A stretch of DNA of 61,659 bases, filler included, from 9 parts of 9 records of this genome joined end to end with filler, not necessarily neighbours in it, one strand, 5' to 3'. Positions 22,235-32,003 are shown, counted from the whole stretch's first letter. Made by a program: numbers and translations. The notes: a model not told the origin generated them from the sequence alone.

Positions 22235-22670
22235 ACTCTAAAAGCCCGGCTTTTTTTATTTGGCTTAAGAGGATATTTTTACTATTAAAGTATAGAGAGT
22301 GTGATGTTCTAAATTCGAGTTGCCATTTCTAGGAGACTAGAATATTTTATTGACCAATAAAAAAATTAGTACTTTTGAACTAAAAAATCGAATTAATGAC
22401 TTTCATCAATGTTGATTTGAGACCTTTGAAAGTTAGTAAAATTAATCCTTTTTTAAGCTATCAAATAATAATCTTTCAAAGTATATACCAGATTAATAAT
22501 TCTTATCTTTATTATATATTTGATTAAAACTTAGAAAGATGATAAATTATTTGTAACAAAAGGCAAACAGATGTTTTGAATAAAGAATCGACAAGAAAAA
22601 AATGAAAAAAAGTTGTAAATTCAGACATCAAAACGGTGTGATGGTTACCATATATTAAATTAATAGAAAA

Positions 22671-22770
22671 NNNNNNNNNNNNNNNNNNNNNNNNNNNNNN
22701 NNNNNNNNNNNNNNTTAATTAATTAANNNNNNNNNNNNNNNNNNNNNNNNNNNNNNNNNNNNNNNNNNNN
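22671..22770. other. artificial contig linker
   Basis: 44 N + TTAATTAATTAA + 44 N. Confidence 0.99.
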
Positions 22771-22922
22771 AAACACTGAAATATCCAGCGGGTACAACCC
22801 TCTGATAAGGGAAGAGTTGCTTTTAAGTGGGCTGTTAAGACAACAGGTCAAAAGATAAGAAGTTTGCTGGGTGATTTATAAGTATTAGTCGCCATAATAT
22901 GGCGGGTATAAACGAGTTAGAT
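22771..22922 (+). mobile_element. possible attC-like site (left end at contig edge)
   Basis: Ends in GTTAGAT (GTTRRRY-like) just before an RBS/ORF; weak complementarity (atatcc/gggtat) to the contig start. Confidence 0.35.
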
Positions 22923-22960
22923 GAAATGAAAATGATAGGTCTAAGGACCTGGAGGAAAAG

Positions 22961-23143
22961 ATGAATTTATTAGAACTTATTACAGAGAAAAGTTCATTAT
23001 TTATTGTAGGAAGTGATGATGTGGGAATTAATAGTGTTTTAAATCATATGGAAATTGCGATGAAGCATTACGATACAGCATAAGAGGGAAATGAGTACTT
23101 ATTTATCGAAAAGAGTGGAAGTAATCATTTTAACTTCATCTAA
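22961..23143 (+). pseudogene. cassette-like ORF remnant with internal stop
   Basis: GGAGG RBS, ATG 22961, in-frame TAA at 23081, frame resumes and ends at TAA 23141-23143 inside the TAAC of the next attC-like site. Confidence 0.5.
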
Positions 23144-23259
23144 CACGTCCGTTCCCAACAGACGCCTTGCGGGTACAAAGTTTGTGGCATTTACAAAGAT
23201 TACGTTTGTTAAAAGCTTTGTGCTTTGTAATATGAGGGCGTCCATCGGGAACGTTATAA
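23138..23259 (+). mobile_element. attC-like recombination site
   Basis: ATCTAAC ... GTTATAA ends; internal inverted pairs gttccc/gggaac, gacgcc/ggcgtc, ttacaaag/ctttgtaa. Confidence 0.65.
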
Positions 23260-23476
23260 CACATTAAAAACAGGAGATATAAAAATGATATTAGCAAATT
23301 AGAATCTGAAATAATTATTGATAGTTATTTAAATTTGAAGTAATAATAGAAACTATTAAGAAATATTTGTAACTTTAATTATCTAATTCCTCTTGTAAAA
23401 TTCTCTTATTGAAAATCTCCTTTTTATGTGAGAGAATAATAAAAACACTATAAAAATTTTATGGAATGACTTTCAC

Positions 23477-23995
23477 ATGCAAATAAAGAAAATTAATAAT
23501 TTTGAAGATAGAGTTATCAGCATCATTGAAAATGGTAGAAATAAAATCTATAAAACCATTGATATTACTATGGTAACTACTTATTGGAGTATCGGGAAAG
23601 AGATTGTTGAAGAATTACAAGAAGGTAGTGAAAGAGCTGAATATGGTAAGGAATTGATAAAGGAGCTTTCGAAAGAACTTAAAAATAAATTTGGAAAAGG
23701 TTACAGTATTAGAAATCTATATCAAATGGCTAATTTTTATAGGGTTTACCCAATTTTGCAGACGCTGTCTGCAGAATTAAGTTGGAGTCATTATGTTCTT
23801 CTAATAAAAATTTTAGATGATTCTAAAAGAAAATTTTATGAAATTGAAACTACCAAAAATAATTGGGCAGTACGAGAGCTTGATAGGCAAATAAACTCTC
23901 TTTTATTTGAAAGATTAGCATTAAGTAAAAACAAAGAAAAAGAAATTCTTGAATTAGAAGGAAGATTGAAATCTAGTAATACCGAAAAAGAATAA
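23477..23995 (+). CDS. DUF1016 (YhcG) N-terminal domain protein lacking the C-terminal nuclease domain
   Basis: YWSIGKEI, RAEYG, GKGYS.RNL..M..FY, LSWSHY, FYEIE....NW.VREL.RQI. Confidence 0.88.
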   Translation: MQIKKINNFEDRVISIIENGRNKIYKTIDITMVTTYWSIGKEIVEELQEGSERAEYGKELIKELSKELKNKFGKGYSIRNLYQMANFYRVYPILQTLSAELSWSHYVLLIKILDDSKRKFYEIETTKNNWAVRELDRQINSLLFERLALSKNKEKEILELEGRLKSSNTEKE

Positions 23996-24000
23996 ACGAG

Positions 24001-24062
24001 TTATAACCAAAGAGCAGACGCAATAGAAAAACACTACTGCGTCTGCTCTAAATCCGTTATAA
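24001..24062 (+). mobile_element. attC-like recombination site (62 bp)
   Basis: Perfectly complementary cores TTATAAC/GTTATAA and a perfect 12-bp inner stem agagcagacgca/tgcgtctgctct, 5 nt after the DUF1016 stop. Confidence 0.7.
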
Positions 24063-24182
24063 TTTGCATTTCGAATCTTAATGAAAACTGTATTGCTTGA
24101 AAAGTATTATTCATTTTATTTTTTGTCAGAAACGTTAGGTATCAGTATCTAAATAGTTAGTTTTGAGTAGAGAGGTAAAAGT

Positions 24183-24773
24183 ATGAGAAAAGTTAAAAGA
24201 ATTCATATATTAGGTGCATCTGGTTCAGGTACTACTACACTTGCATCAGAATTAAGTAAAATCATAGGTTTTAACCATTTTGATACGGATGACTTCTTTT
24301 GGAAAGAAACTAATCCGAAATTTCAAGAAAAACGGCTAGTAAATGAAAGAATAGAACTACTAACTAAGGAATTTAATAAGACAGATAAATGGATACTATC
24401 GGGCTCCTTATGTGGTTGGGGAGATCCATTTATACCCTATTTTGATTTAATAATATTTTTAAAATTACCACCAACAATAAGATTAAAAAGGTTAGTCGAA
24501 CGAGAGAAAGGTCGTTATGGTGAGCAAATAGAAGTTGGGCAGAGTATGTACGATAAACATATAGAATTTATAGACTGGGCTTCAAAATATGATAAGGGTG
24601 ACGAAAATGTCAGAAGCCTAGTTTTGCATAATAAATGGTTAGAAAAACTTAATTGTAAAGTGCTGCGAATAGAAGAAGACATAAATATAGAAAGAAAAAT
24701 AGAAAAAGTTATAAGTTTTATAGAAAGCATTGAGATGGACAAGTGTGTTTGTGGAATAAGTCCCAACGCATAA
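24183..24773 (+). CDS. P-loop kinase (adenylate-kinase-like AAA family)
   Basis: IHILGASGSGTTT, DTDDFFW, WILSGSL, FIDWASKYD. Confidence 0.88.
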   Translation: MRKVKRIHILGASGSGTTTLASELSKIIGFNHFDTDDFFWKETNPKFQEKRLVNERIELLTKEFNKTDKWILSGSLCGWGDPFIPYFDLIIFLKLPPTIRLKRLVEREKGRYGEQIEVGQSMYDKHIEFIDWASKYDKGDENVRSLVLHNKWLEKLNCKVLRIEEDINIERKIEKVISFIESIEMDKCVCGISPNA

Positions 24774-24898
24774 CACAGCAATTCCCAACATCCGTCCTGT
24801 TTTTATCAAGTTTAAGATGTTTCGCAGGAAAATGACTATACAACAGTCGGGAATATTTTGAAGGTGGCGAATGTCAGGGAATTATGGGAACATTAAGC
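24768..24898 (+). mobile_element. degenerate attC-like site
   Basis: Kinase stop TAA lies in GCATAAC; left arm TAACACagcaaTTCCCAACA matches the site at 23141 (TAACACgtccgTTCCCAACA); aattccc/gggaatt pairing; right core GGGAAC-aTTAAGC is degenerate. Confidence 0.55.
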
Positions 24899-24928
24899 AA
24901 CATAATTAATTAGGAGAAGGAGAAATAT

Positions 24929-25585
24929 ATGAGCTTAGAAGAAATGGGTAGTTTTTTTAACAAAAGAGTTGAAGATTATGATAACCATATGAGAAATAAT
25001 GTTGATGGAGCAGATTATTATTATAAAGAAACTGCTCAATTAATTCCAAGTAATAGGAGTATAGAGTTATTAGACTTAGGTTGTGGTACTGGATTGGAAC
25101 TAGATGAGATCTTTAAGGTTAATCCAAAAATAAAAGTTACAGGAATAGATTTAGCAAGTGAGATGCTTAATAAGTTGAGAACTAAACATATGGATAGAAT
25201 AGATCAGATTAAGCTAATTAATGCGAGTTATTTTGACTATGATTATGGTTTAGAAAGATATGATATAGCTCTTTCAGTTCAAACATTGCATCATTTTATA
25301 TATGAAAAAAAAGTATTGTTATATAAAAAGATATATCAAAGTTTGAAAGCAGATGGATATTATATAGAGACCGATTATATGGCTCCAACTCAAAAATACG
25401 AGGATTATTATTTTTCTGAGAATAAAAAGATAAGAAAAGAGTTAGGAATTACAAATGGTTTTTATCACTATGATACACCATGTACTGTTGAGAATCAGAA
25501 GAAAATGATGTATGAAGCAGGCTTTTCTAAAGTGGATGAGGTTTGGAAACATGGAAATACAGTCATTTTGAAGGCAACTAAGTAA
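24929..25585 (+). CDS. class I SAM-dependent methyltransferase
   Basis: LLDLGCGTG, TGIDL, LHH, YHYDTP. Confidence 0.92.
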   Translation: MSLEEMGSFFNKRVEDYDNHMRNNVDGADYYYKETAQLIPSNRSIELLDLGCGTGLELDEIFKVNPKIKVTGIDLASEMLNKLRTKHMDRIDQIKLINASYFDYDYGLERYDIALSVQTLHHFIYEKKVLLYKKIYQSLKADGYYIETDYMAPTQKYEDYYFSENKKIRKELGITNGFYHYDTPCTVENQKKMMYEAGFSKVDEVWKHGNTVILKATK

Positions 25586-25904
25586 GGGGATAGTATCGTC
25601 AAAAGAATTAACTATTTTACAATCTCTGGCATTAGTTCCCCTTAAATCAAGGCATAATTCTTTACTTCGTGGAATAAATTCCATTTTTTTATAATTTTAA
25701 TGGCAATAGAGTAAATAATAGGATATAATAGATTATAAATACTTGTATGAACTTAAATTCCAATAGATACATGTCTATTGGAATAGTTTTGTGGTTAGCT
25801 GTGGGATTAATTGCAATGCAAGCTGGCATGATACTTTGATTAGTTTCAGCTTCGTTTCTTGCAACATTATATTTTAGCTAAAAAGCAATTCTAAGGAGGC
25901 AATT

Positions 25905-26405
25905 GTGTACGGAGACATTATTTACGTTGAGCGAAGACCATTACTGTGGAAATCAACTGAAAAAAGAAAAAATCCTCGCTCTAAAAAGCTGGACATAGCA
26001 ATATATAGAATGACAAAATATCGACATTACGGCATTGACCTTGGTAATGGCAAAGTCGCACATTTTATGGCAGATAGCTTCTGGATACGTCAAGATAGTC
26101 AAATCATTGAATCTACAATCGAAGAATTCGTTAAAGACGGAGAACTGAGTATTCTCAAAGGTATACCATATAAATATAGTCGAGAAGAAATTGTCGCAAG
26201 AGCATATGAAGCTATATCTACAAATTTTGGTGGATATAGTGTAGTCGATAATAATTGTGAGCATTTTGCAATGTGGTGTGCAACAGGGATAAGAGAATCA
26301 AGACAAGCTGCATTACTCAGATATGGGCGTAGAGCAGTAACTTATCCTAGAAAAAGATTAAAGCCTTTATCTAAAAAGGTTTTAGGATTAGCTAAATTTA
26401 GATAA
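25905..26405 (+). CDS. LRAT-family (permuted NlpC/P60) protein
   Basis: YRHYGIDLG..KVAHF and YSVVDNNCEHFAMWCATG. Confidence 0.88.
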   Translation: MYGDIIYVERRPLLWKSTEKRKNPRSKKLDIAIYRMTKYRHYGIDLGNGKVAHFMADSFWIRQDSQIIESTIEEFVKDGELSILKGIPYKYSREEIVARAYEAISTNFGGYSVVDNNCEHFAMWCATGIRESRQAALLRYGRRAVTYPRKRLKPLSKKVLGLAKFR

Positions 26406-26685
26406 GTAAATATAATAAAATATGTAACTATTAAAAAAATTAAGCTCAAAAACAAACCCTCGAGACATTTAAAGTCGCGGGGGTTTTTACGTTTATTCTA
26501 CACATTTTAGTTCTAAGTTAGCCAATCTCTATCTGATTTTATTCACTTCATCTATTAGGTGATATTGAACTTTGGCCATCTGGAATTTTAGTTTCAGTAA
26601 TCTCAGGCTTCATGACTTTTCTAATTTCTGCGGGAATAGAGAATATGCTAGCTTATATTTTTTAGGCTAAAGCAGAAGTGTTTTT

Positions 26686-26729
26686 AATTGTTGACCTCAT
26701 AAGGAGTTCTTTATAATTGATTTAGTAAG
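26686..26729 (+). repeat. imperfect 44-bp direct repeat, copy 1
   Basis: aattgttgacctcataaggagttctttataattgatttagtaag; 39/44 identical to 28434-28477. Confidence 0.85.
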
Positions 26730-26839
26730 GAAAAAAGTTCTATTTCAAAAACATTTTAAGTGGATAAAGGAGCGACACTATATTGCTCCTTTATACTATT
26801 TTGAGATTTCAGATTAGAAAATTAAAACAACCGATATCA

Positions 26840-27424
26840 TCATGTGAGAGATTTGTTTGTTTTTTGATTATAAGCATCTATAAATACTTCATACACACTA
26901 TGGCTAAATGAAAAGCCTAATTTTTTATAAAATTTTCCTATTTTTTCATTACCATTAGCAACATATACCCAGATATCTTCAATATCTTTTGACTTAAGCC
27001 AATTCATTAAATCAACTGATAGTTTTTTTCCTATATTAAACCCTCTATAATTTTCATTAACATATAACAATTTAAACGTTCCTATCTTTTTAGGCACATC
27101 ATAAGCACCTGGGTAAAAACCTTCCCCTACTAACCCCTTTGCCCAATCTGGGTTAATATCTAAATGTTTTTGTGAGACTTGAGCTATTGTTCCATATGCA
27201 AATCCTATAGCTTTATCATCAGAATAAGCAACTAACATATATTCATTGTCAGTGCCTTTATATTCTAATTTCAATCGATTATCATAATTCATACTAGCCA
27301 TTATTTCAGGAAATATTCTTGCTCTCTTTGCTTGAAAAACCATAAGTTCATTAACAAGCTGTTTAAGAAAATCTACATTTTTTCCTTTATATTCTTCATA
27401 TTTAATCTTTGACATGGTTACCAC
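26840..27424 (-). CDS. GNAT-family N-acetyltransferase
   Basis: LYVNENYRGFNIGKKL, VYVANGN, FYKKLGF. Confidence 0.88.
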   Translation of the reverse strand: MVTMSKIKYEEYKGKNVDFLKQLVNELMVFQAKRARIFPEIMASMNYDNRLKLEYKGTDNEYMLVAYSDDKAIGFAYGTIAQVSQKHLDINPDWAKGLVGEGFYPGAYDVPKKIGTFKLLYVNENYRGFNIGKKLSVDLMNWLKSKDIEDIWVYVANGNEKIGKFYKKLGFSFSHSVYEVFIDAYNQKTNKSLT

Positions 27425-27494
27425 CTCACATTAATTTATAATTAATTATAGAATATAATTTGCATAAAATAAAATTGTTAATTATAATATGTAT

Positions 27495-27511
27495 CATAGG
27501 TTAAACCTATG
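27495..27511. promoter_or_regulatory. LysR-type operator (T-N11-A palindrome)
   Basis: CATAGGTT-A-AACCTATG perfect palindrome (ATAG-N7-CTAT) between divergent GNAT and LysR genes. Confidence 0.7.
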
Positions 27512-27538
27512 GAGGATTAACTATATTTTGGAGGATTC

Positions 27539-28432
27539 ATGGAAATTAGAGAGATAATCTATGTTAAAACAATTGCAGATTTTGGTAATTTAACAAAAGC
27601 TTCTAAATATTTACACATAACGCAACCAACTTTGTCCCAAAATCTGAAAAACATTGAATCTAATCTTAATCAAGTGTTATTTACAAGAACTAAGAGAGGA
27701 ATGACTTTAACAGAACAAGGTAAGAGATTTATTGATGATGCTTTGCCTGTATTATCTGCCTATCAAGAATTTATGAATAGAATAAATAGCTATAAAGATG
27801 AAAGCCCTATCAGACATATTGGTTTATATAAATTATCCTATACAACTTTTATTAATAATACTGTCATGAATTTCATATCTATAAACCATAATGATAGATA
27901 TATGATAAAAGTAGAAAGCATTCCTATACTGGAGAAGTTGGTTTTACAAAACCAGCTAGATATTGCTATTATTAAATACTCGCCTATATGTCCGCGAGAT
28001 AAAAATTTAATACACAGTGTTCTCTTTAGAGAAAAACTATGCGTCCTTTTAAGTAAGAAACATCCTCTAGCTTCTAAGAAGTCAATTAAACTTCATGAAC
28101 TAAAAGGAAATAAATTAATTACAAGTGACCCTACAGAGTACCCTTATAAAATGACTAAGAAAATATTAAATGATGCAGGGCTTAAACTAGACATTCATAC
28201 TTATACTAATTATGAAAACCTAACTATGATATTTGATTTAGTTGCACAAGGATTAGGAATTACCTTTGGAACGGAATATGTATGTGATTATTTCAATCGA
28301 GAAGACGTTGTTAAAATACCGATAGATGAAAACTATGACTATGAAGTATGCGTGGTTTATAAAAATAATGATAGCAGATATACAGAGTTCATTAATTTCA
28401 TAAAAAACCAAATTAAAAAGAAGAATATTTAG
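27539..28432 (+). CDS. LysR-family transcriptional regulator
   Basis: GNLTKASKYLHITQPTLSQ HTH, LFTRTKRGMTLTEQG, substrate-binding domain. Confidence 0.95.
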   Translation: MEIREIIYVKTIADFGNLTKASKYLHITQPTLSQNLKNIESNLNQVLFTRTKRGMTLTEQGKRFIDDALPVLSAYQEFMNRINSYKDESPIRHIGLYKLSYTTFINNTVMNFISINHNDRYMIKVESIPILEKLVLQNQLDIAIIKYSPICPRDKNLIHSVLFREKLCVLLSKKHPLASKKSIKLHELKGNKLITSDPTEYPYKMTKKILNDAGLKLDIHTYTNYENLTMIFDLVAQGLGITFGTEYVCDYFNREDVVKIPIDENYDYEVCVVYKNNDSRYTEFINFIKNQIKKKNI

Positions 28433-28433
28433 A

Positions 28434-28477
28434 AATTGTTGATTTTATAAGGAGTTCTTTATGATTGATTTATTAAG
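28434..28477 (+). repeat. imperfect 44-bp direct repeat, copy 2 (contains RBS and ATG of the next gene)
   Basis: aattgttgattttataaggagttctttatgattgatttattaag. Confidence 0.85.
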
Positions 28478-28961
28478 CAAAAGTAAGAAAATTAAAAAAC
28501 AAGCACAAGTTATTTTAGAAGAAAAAAACATTATAGAGACGCTCTCTTTATTTGGAGAAGTTCAAATGATAGGAAGTTATGAACTTGACATAATGTATGA
28601 TAAGGACATTGATATTGTTGTAAAAACAAGCAGTCCAAAATCATCAGCTCAAAATTCTTTAAATACTTTCATCCAAAATGAAGTTGCTCAAAAATATGAA
28701 TTTGGGGACTTTTTAAGATATCCAAGAATAAACAGACCTGAAAGCTATATAATAACATTAAACTTTGAATATAATAATGAAAAATGGGAAATTGAAATCT
28801 GGTTTTTTAAAGATATCACTGAATACCAAACCCAGTTAAAAAATTATAAGTCACAATTAACTGATGAGGGACGAAGGAAAATAATTGAATTAAAAGCTAA
28901 TAGAAAAGACAAATTCGAAAAAAGTAGTTTTGAAATTTATAAGGAAATTTTAAGCATCTGA
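28461..28961 (+). CDS. Pol-beta-superfamily nucleotidyltransferase-like protein
   Basis: IGSYELDIMYDKDIDI (GS-x8-DxD) plus WEIEIWF third acidic strand. Confidence 0.6.
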   Translation: MIDLLSKSKKIKKQAQVILEEKNIIETLSLFGEVQMIGSYELDIMYDKDIDIVVKTSSPKSSAQNSLNTFIQNEVAQKYEFGDFLRYPRINRPESYIITLNFEYNNEKWEIEIWFFKDITEYQTQLKNYKSQLTDEGRRKIIELKANRKDKFEKSSFEIYKEILSI

Positions 28962-29082
28962 TAAAATGTACCAACTTATATGCGAAAAATCACAAAAATA
29001 ACAACTACATTATCAATGCTTTCGCTTTTAGCCATCCTGAAACAGTAGTGTTCTATTTACATGATTTATAGAGTTTTTAAGC

Positions 29083-29125
29083 ATAAAAAAAGTATCTCAA
29101 TTTTCATTTGAGATACTTTTTTTAT
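29083..29125. terminator. bidirectional intrinsic terminator
   Basis: ataaaaaaagtatctcaa...ttgagatactttttttat. Confidence 0.8.
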
Positions 29126-29211
29126 TTATTTAACTTTTACTTTGTTTCATCATATCTTTTCCGAATTTTTTTAGCTGCTCCTGACAGATTTCCTCTGTCA
29201 TATCTCGTAAG

Positions 29212-29311
29212 NNNNNNNNNNNNNNNNNNNNNNNNNNNNNNNNNNNNNNNNNNNNTTAATTAATTAANNNNNNNNNNNNNNNNNNNNNNNNNNNNNNNNN
29301 NNNNNNNNNNN
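29212..29311. other. artificial contig linker
   Basis: 44 N + TTAATTAATTAA + 44 N. Confidence 0.99.
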
Positions 29312-29338
29312 GGCGGGCGACACTGATCCGTTGGTCAC

Positions 29339-30400
29339 TCATACACCCTCCTTTTGATCTGTGAACAGGTCCTTGTTGACGGCGTACTTGCTGGCTTCCT
29401 CAGACGTAATTTTTTTGTTTTTCAAAAGCTCCTGAAGGGCCTGATCCATGAGTTGCATCCCTTCATTGCGCCCCGTCTGGATGACCGATGGAAGTTGGAA
29501 GGTTTTACCCTCTCGTATTAAGTTGGCGCTTGCCGGATTGACCTTGAGTATTTCCAGTGCTGCACAGCGTTTTCCGTCAACCGTGCGTAGTAATTGCTGG
29601 GCGATCACACCGCGAAGAGACTCGGCGAGCATGGTTCTAATTTGTTCTTGTTGTGTGGTCGGGAACACGTTGATCAGTCGGTCAACTGTTTTCGATGCAC
29701 TGCTGGTATGCAACGTGCCAAAAACGAGATGACCAGTTTCCGCCGCAGTAATGGCAAGTTCGATGGTTTCGAGGTCACGCATCTCGCCGACGAGAATGAT
29801 GTCAGGGTCCTCTCGTAAAGCGGCTTTAAGAGCAGATGCAAAGCTCAGTGTATGGATACCCACTTCTCTTTGATTAACCAAACTTTTTTGCGTTGCATGA
29901 ACAAATTCTATCGGGTCTTCAACCGTCAGGATATGTTCATTGCGGTTGCGATTGATATAATCAATCATGGCGGCAAGAGTTGTTGATTTGCCGCTGCCAG
30001 TTGGTCCAGTCACAAGGACCAACCCTTTTTTGAATTGTGTGAAGTCGAGAACCGCTTGCGATAACCCCAACTGTTCGACGGTCAATATCTCTGTAGGGAT
30101 GATCCTGAAAACGGCGCTGATACCAAGGCGTCCCATGAAAATGTTTGCCCGAAAGCGAGCATGCAGTGCGCTGACTTCATAAGCAAAGTCAAGATCATGC
30201 TTTTCTTCATATTCCTTACGCTGCTCAGGATTCATAATTTCATAAAGCAAACCTCGACATTGATCTTCGTTGAGAACCTGACTGATTGCTGGCTTCAGTT
30301 GGCCAGAGGCTCTGAACATCGGTGGATTGTTGGGGGACATGTGCAGGTCGGAGCCCCCTGTTTGCTTCAGGATTTGGAATAATTTGTCAATTTTGGCCAT
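29339..30400 (-). CDS. pilT: type IV pilus retraction ATPase PilT family
   Basis: SDLH, RFRANIF, GPTGSGKST, TVEDPIE, NQREVG, ALREDPD, GEMRD, ETGHLVFGTLH; likely start MAKIDKLF at 30400. Confidence 0.93.
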   Translation of the reverse strand: MAKIDKLFQILKQTGGSDLHMSPNNPPMFRASGQLKPAISQVLNEDQCRGLLYEIMNPEQRKEYEEKHDLDFAYEVSALHARFRANIFMGRLGISAVFRIIPTEILTVEQLGLSQAVLDFTQFKKGLVLVTGPTGSGKSTTLAAMIDYINRNRNEHILTVEDPIEFVHATQKSLVNQREVGIHTLSFASALKAALREDPDIILVGEMRDLETIELAITAAETGHLVFGTLHTSSASKTVDRLINVFPTTQQEQIRTMLAESLRGVIAQQLLRTVDGKRCAALEILKVNPASANLIREGKTFQLPSVIQTGRNEGMQLMDQALQELLKNKKITSEEASKYAVNKDLFTDQKEGV

Positions 30401-30539
30401 TGTTTCCCCCTGCGTCAGAGAATTTCTTTTAAGTTTCATAATAGTTCAGCTGAAAAATGTATACAAATTAATTATTATTCTTTATCATTTTTCTGTTTTG
30501 GCAGGAAAAAGTAGATGGAAGAATTTATGAGGAATTTCT

Positions 30540-31774
30540 ATGAAGGATCTGAAAGGCCAGTTGAAAGATATCCCTGTTACAAAATTAATGTCGTGGCTGA
30601 AAAATACACAAAGGACTGGCGTTCTTGTCTTGACGCATGGAATGCAGCGCAAGGAGTTCCGTTTTCGCAAGGGGGATACATTTGCCTTCCGTTCCAATTA
30701 CGAGAAAGAGCAACTAGAGTTCATTTTGGCGAAGCAGGGTGTCTCGGATCTGGAAACGTTGAGAAAAATGAGGCAGACGTGTCGGTCGGAAAAACAGTCG
30801 TTTTCAAAAAAATCGTTCAGACAGGGATTTTAAGCAAGAAAGAGCTGACGGTCTGGTTACATCAAAGTCTTCTTCTGGCTGTAAACAATGCTTCACGCTG
30901 GTCCGTCGGCTCTTTTCAGTTTAGAACCTTAAACGATGAGCAGATAGGTCGTCCCTTCATTGTTCCACCCCGTTCAGGTGCTGAATCTGCAGAGGCTCCA
31001 TCGGTTAAAGCGATGCTTGCGGAAGAAGCGATTTTTGAAGGGGTTCAGAACAAGATTCTCAACAATGAGATCGATCTTCCGCCGATGCCGGGATCGATGG
31101 TCAAGATTAGAGAATGTTTGAGCAACCCAGAATGGGAAAATCGTGATCTGCTTAAAATTATTTTGGCTGATCAACTTCTTACCACCAACATTCTGAAAGT
31201 TGCGAACTCTGGTTTTTACGGATTGTCCAGCCGGGTCAGCTCCCTTCAGCATGCCATTGTTGTATTAGGGATAAAAACAATTTGGGGAATCGTGACCCAT
31301 CAATCGCTTGTGTCTCTTTATCCGGAAGAGAAAAAGAATGTAGAAGCCGTCCTGGAGCATAGCTTTCAATGTGCTCTGATTGCAAGGTGGATCGCCGTCG
31401 ATTGCCGCCTGGATGAAGAGGAGGCGTTTACTTGTGGATTGCTGCACGATGTCGGTAAGGTCGTATTGTTTAATCTGCTTTCAAAGATGAAATATTCGCA
31501 ACCTCTGGTGAGTAGCATTGTGTCAAGGTTTCATTGTGAAACAGGACAGCTGATCGCAGCAAAGTGGAATCTTCCGGATGTTGTTTTAGATTCCATCGAG
31601 CACCATCACAGGCCTCATATGGCTGAAGCGCATCAGGATATCATTGAAGCCATTTATATAGCGAATCATCTGTCGAAGAGCTCTAATCCTGATTACGAGT
31701 TGATTAGTTGTGTAGATATTGAAAAGATCAACTTTGATAAAATCGAAGAGATAAAGAATGATATACGTGAATAA
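30540..31774 (+). CDS. DUF4388 + HDOD domain protein; frameshift in the A-run near 30810
   Basis: ORF 30540-30833 begins LKGQLKDIPVTKLMSWL..TQRTGVL (DUF4388-like); ORF 30515-31774 has LPPMP, LKVANSGFY, GLLHDVGK, WNLP, HH. Confidence 0.8.
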
Positions 31775-32003
31775 AATTTGTGTTTATGTAAAATCATTAA
31801 CTTACAAAAAGTTACAAACAAGAATTAATATCTTGTAATAACAACTGTATACAACGTAATGACTATTGGGTGGGAATAGATATATATAGATGTTTCGATG
31901 ACTGTCTTGAACGTATCAAATGACAGATTGAATGTGAACTGAAACGGAGTCATTTGTGGACTCCGTTTTTTGAAACTTACGACTTTTGAGAATCTTATTA
32001 ACT

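Noticed and set aside
22559-22650. Possible c-di-GMP-I riboswitch (AGGCAAAC...GAC...GGTTACC) downstream of the GGDEF gene
   Set aside because: Lacks the GAAA tetraloop stem and GACGCAAA junction; only the ends resemble the motif. An Rfam/Infernal scan would be needed.
22771-25000. Intergenic repeats as a CRISPR array or plain terminators
   Set aside because: No constant repeat-spacer periodicity, no cas genes and no U-tracts; TAAC/GTT cores and ORF-length spacing fit attC-like sites better.
30515-30810. N-terminal part of ORF 30515-31774
   Set aside because: Wrong frame; the overlapping ORF from 30540 has the DUF4388-like sequence and joins via a homopolymer indel.
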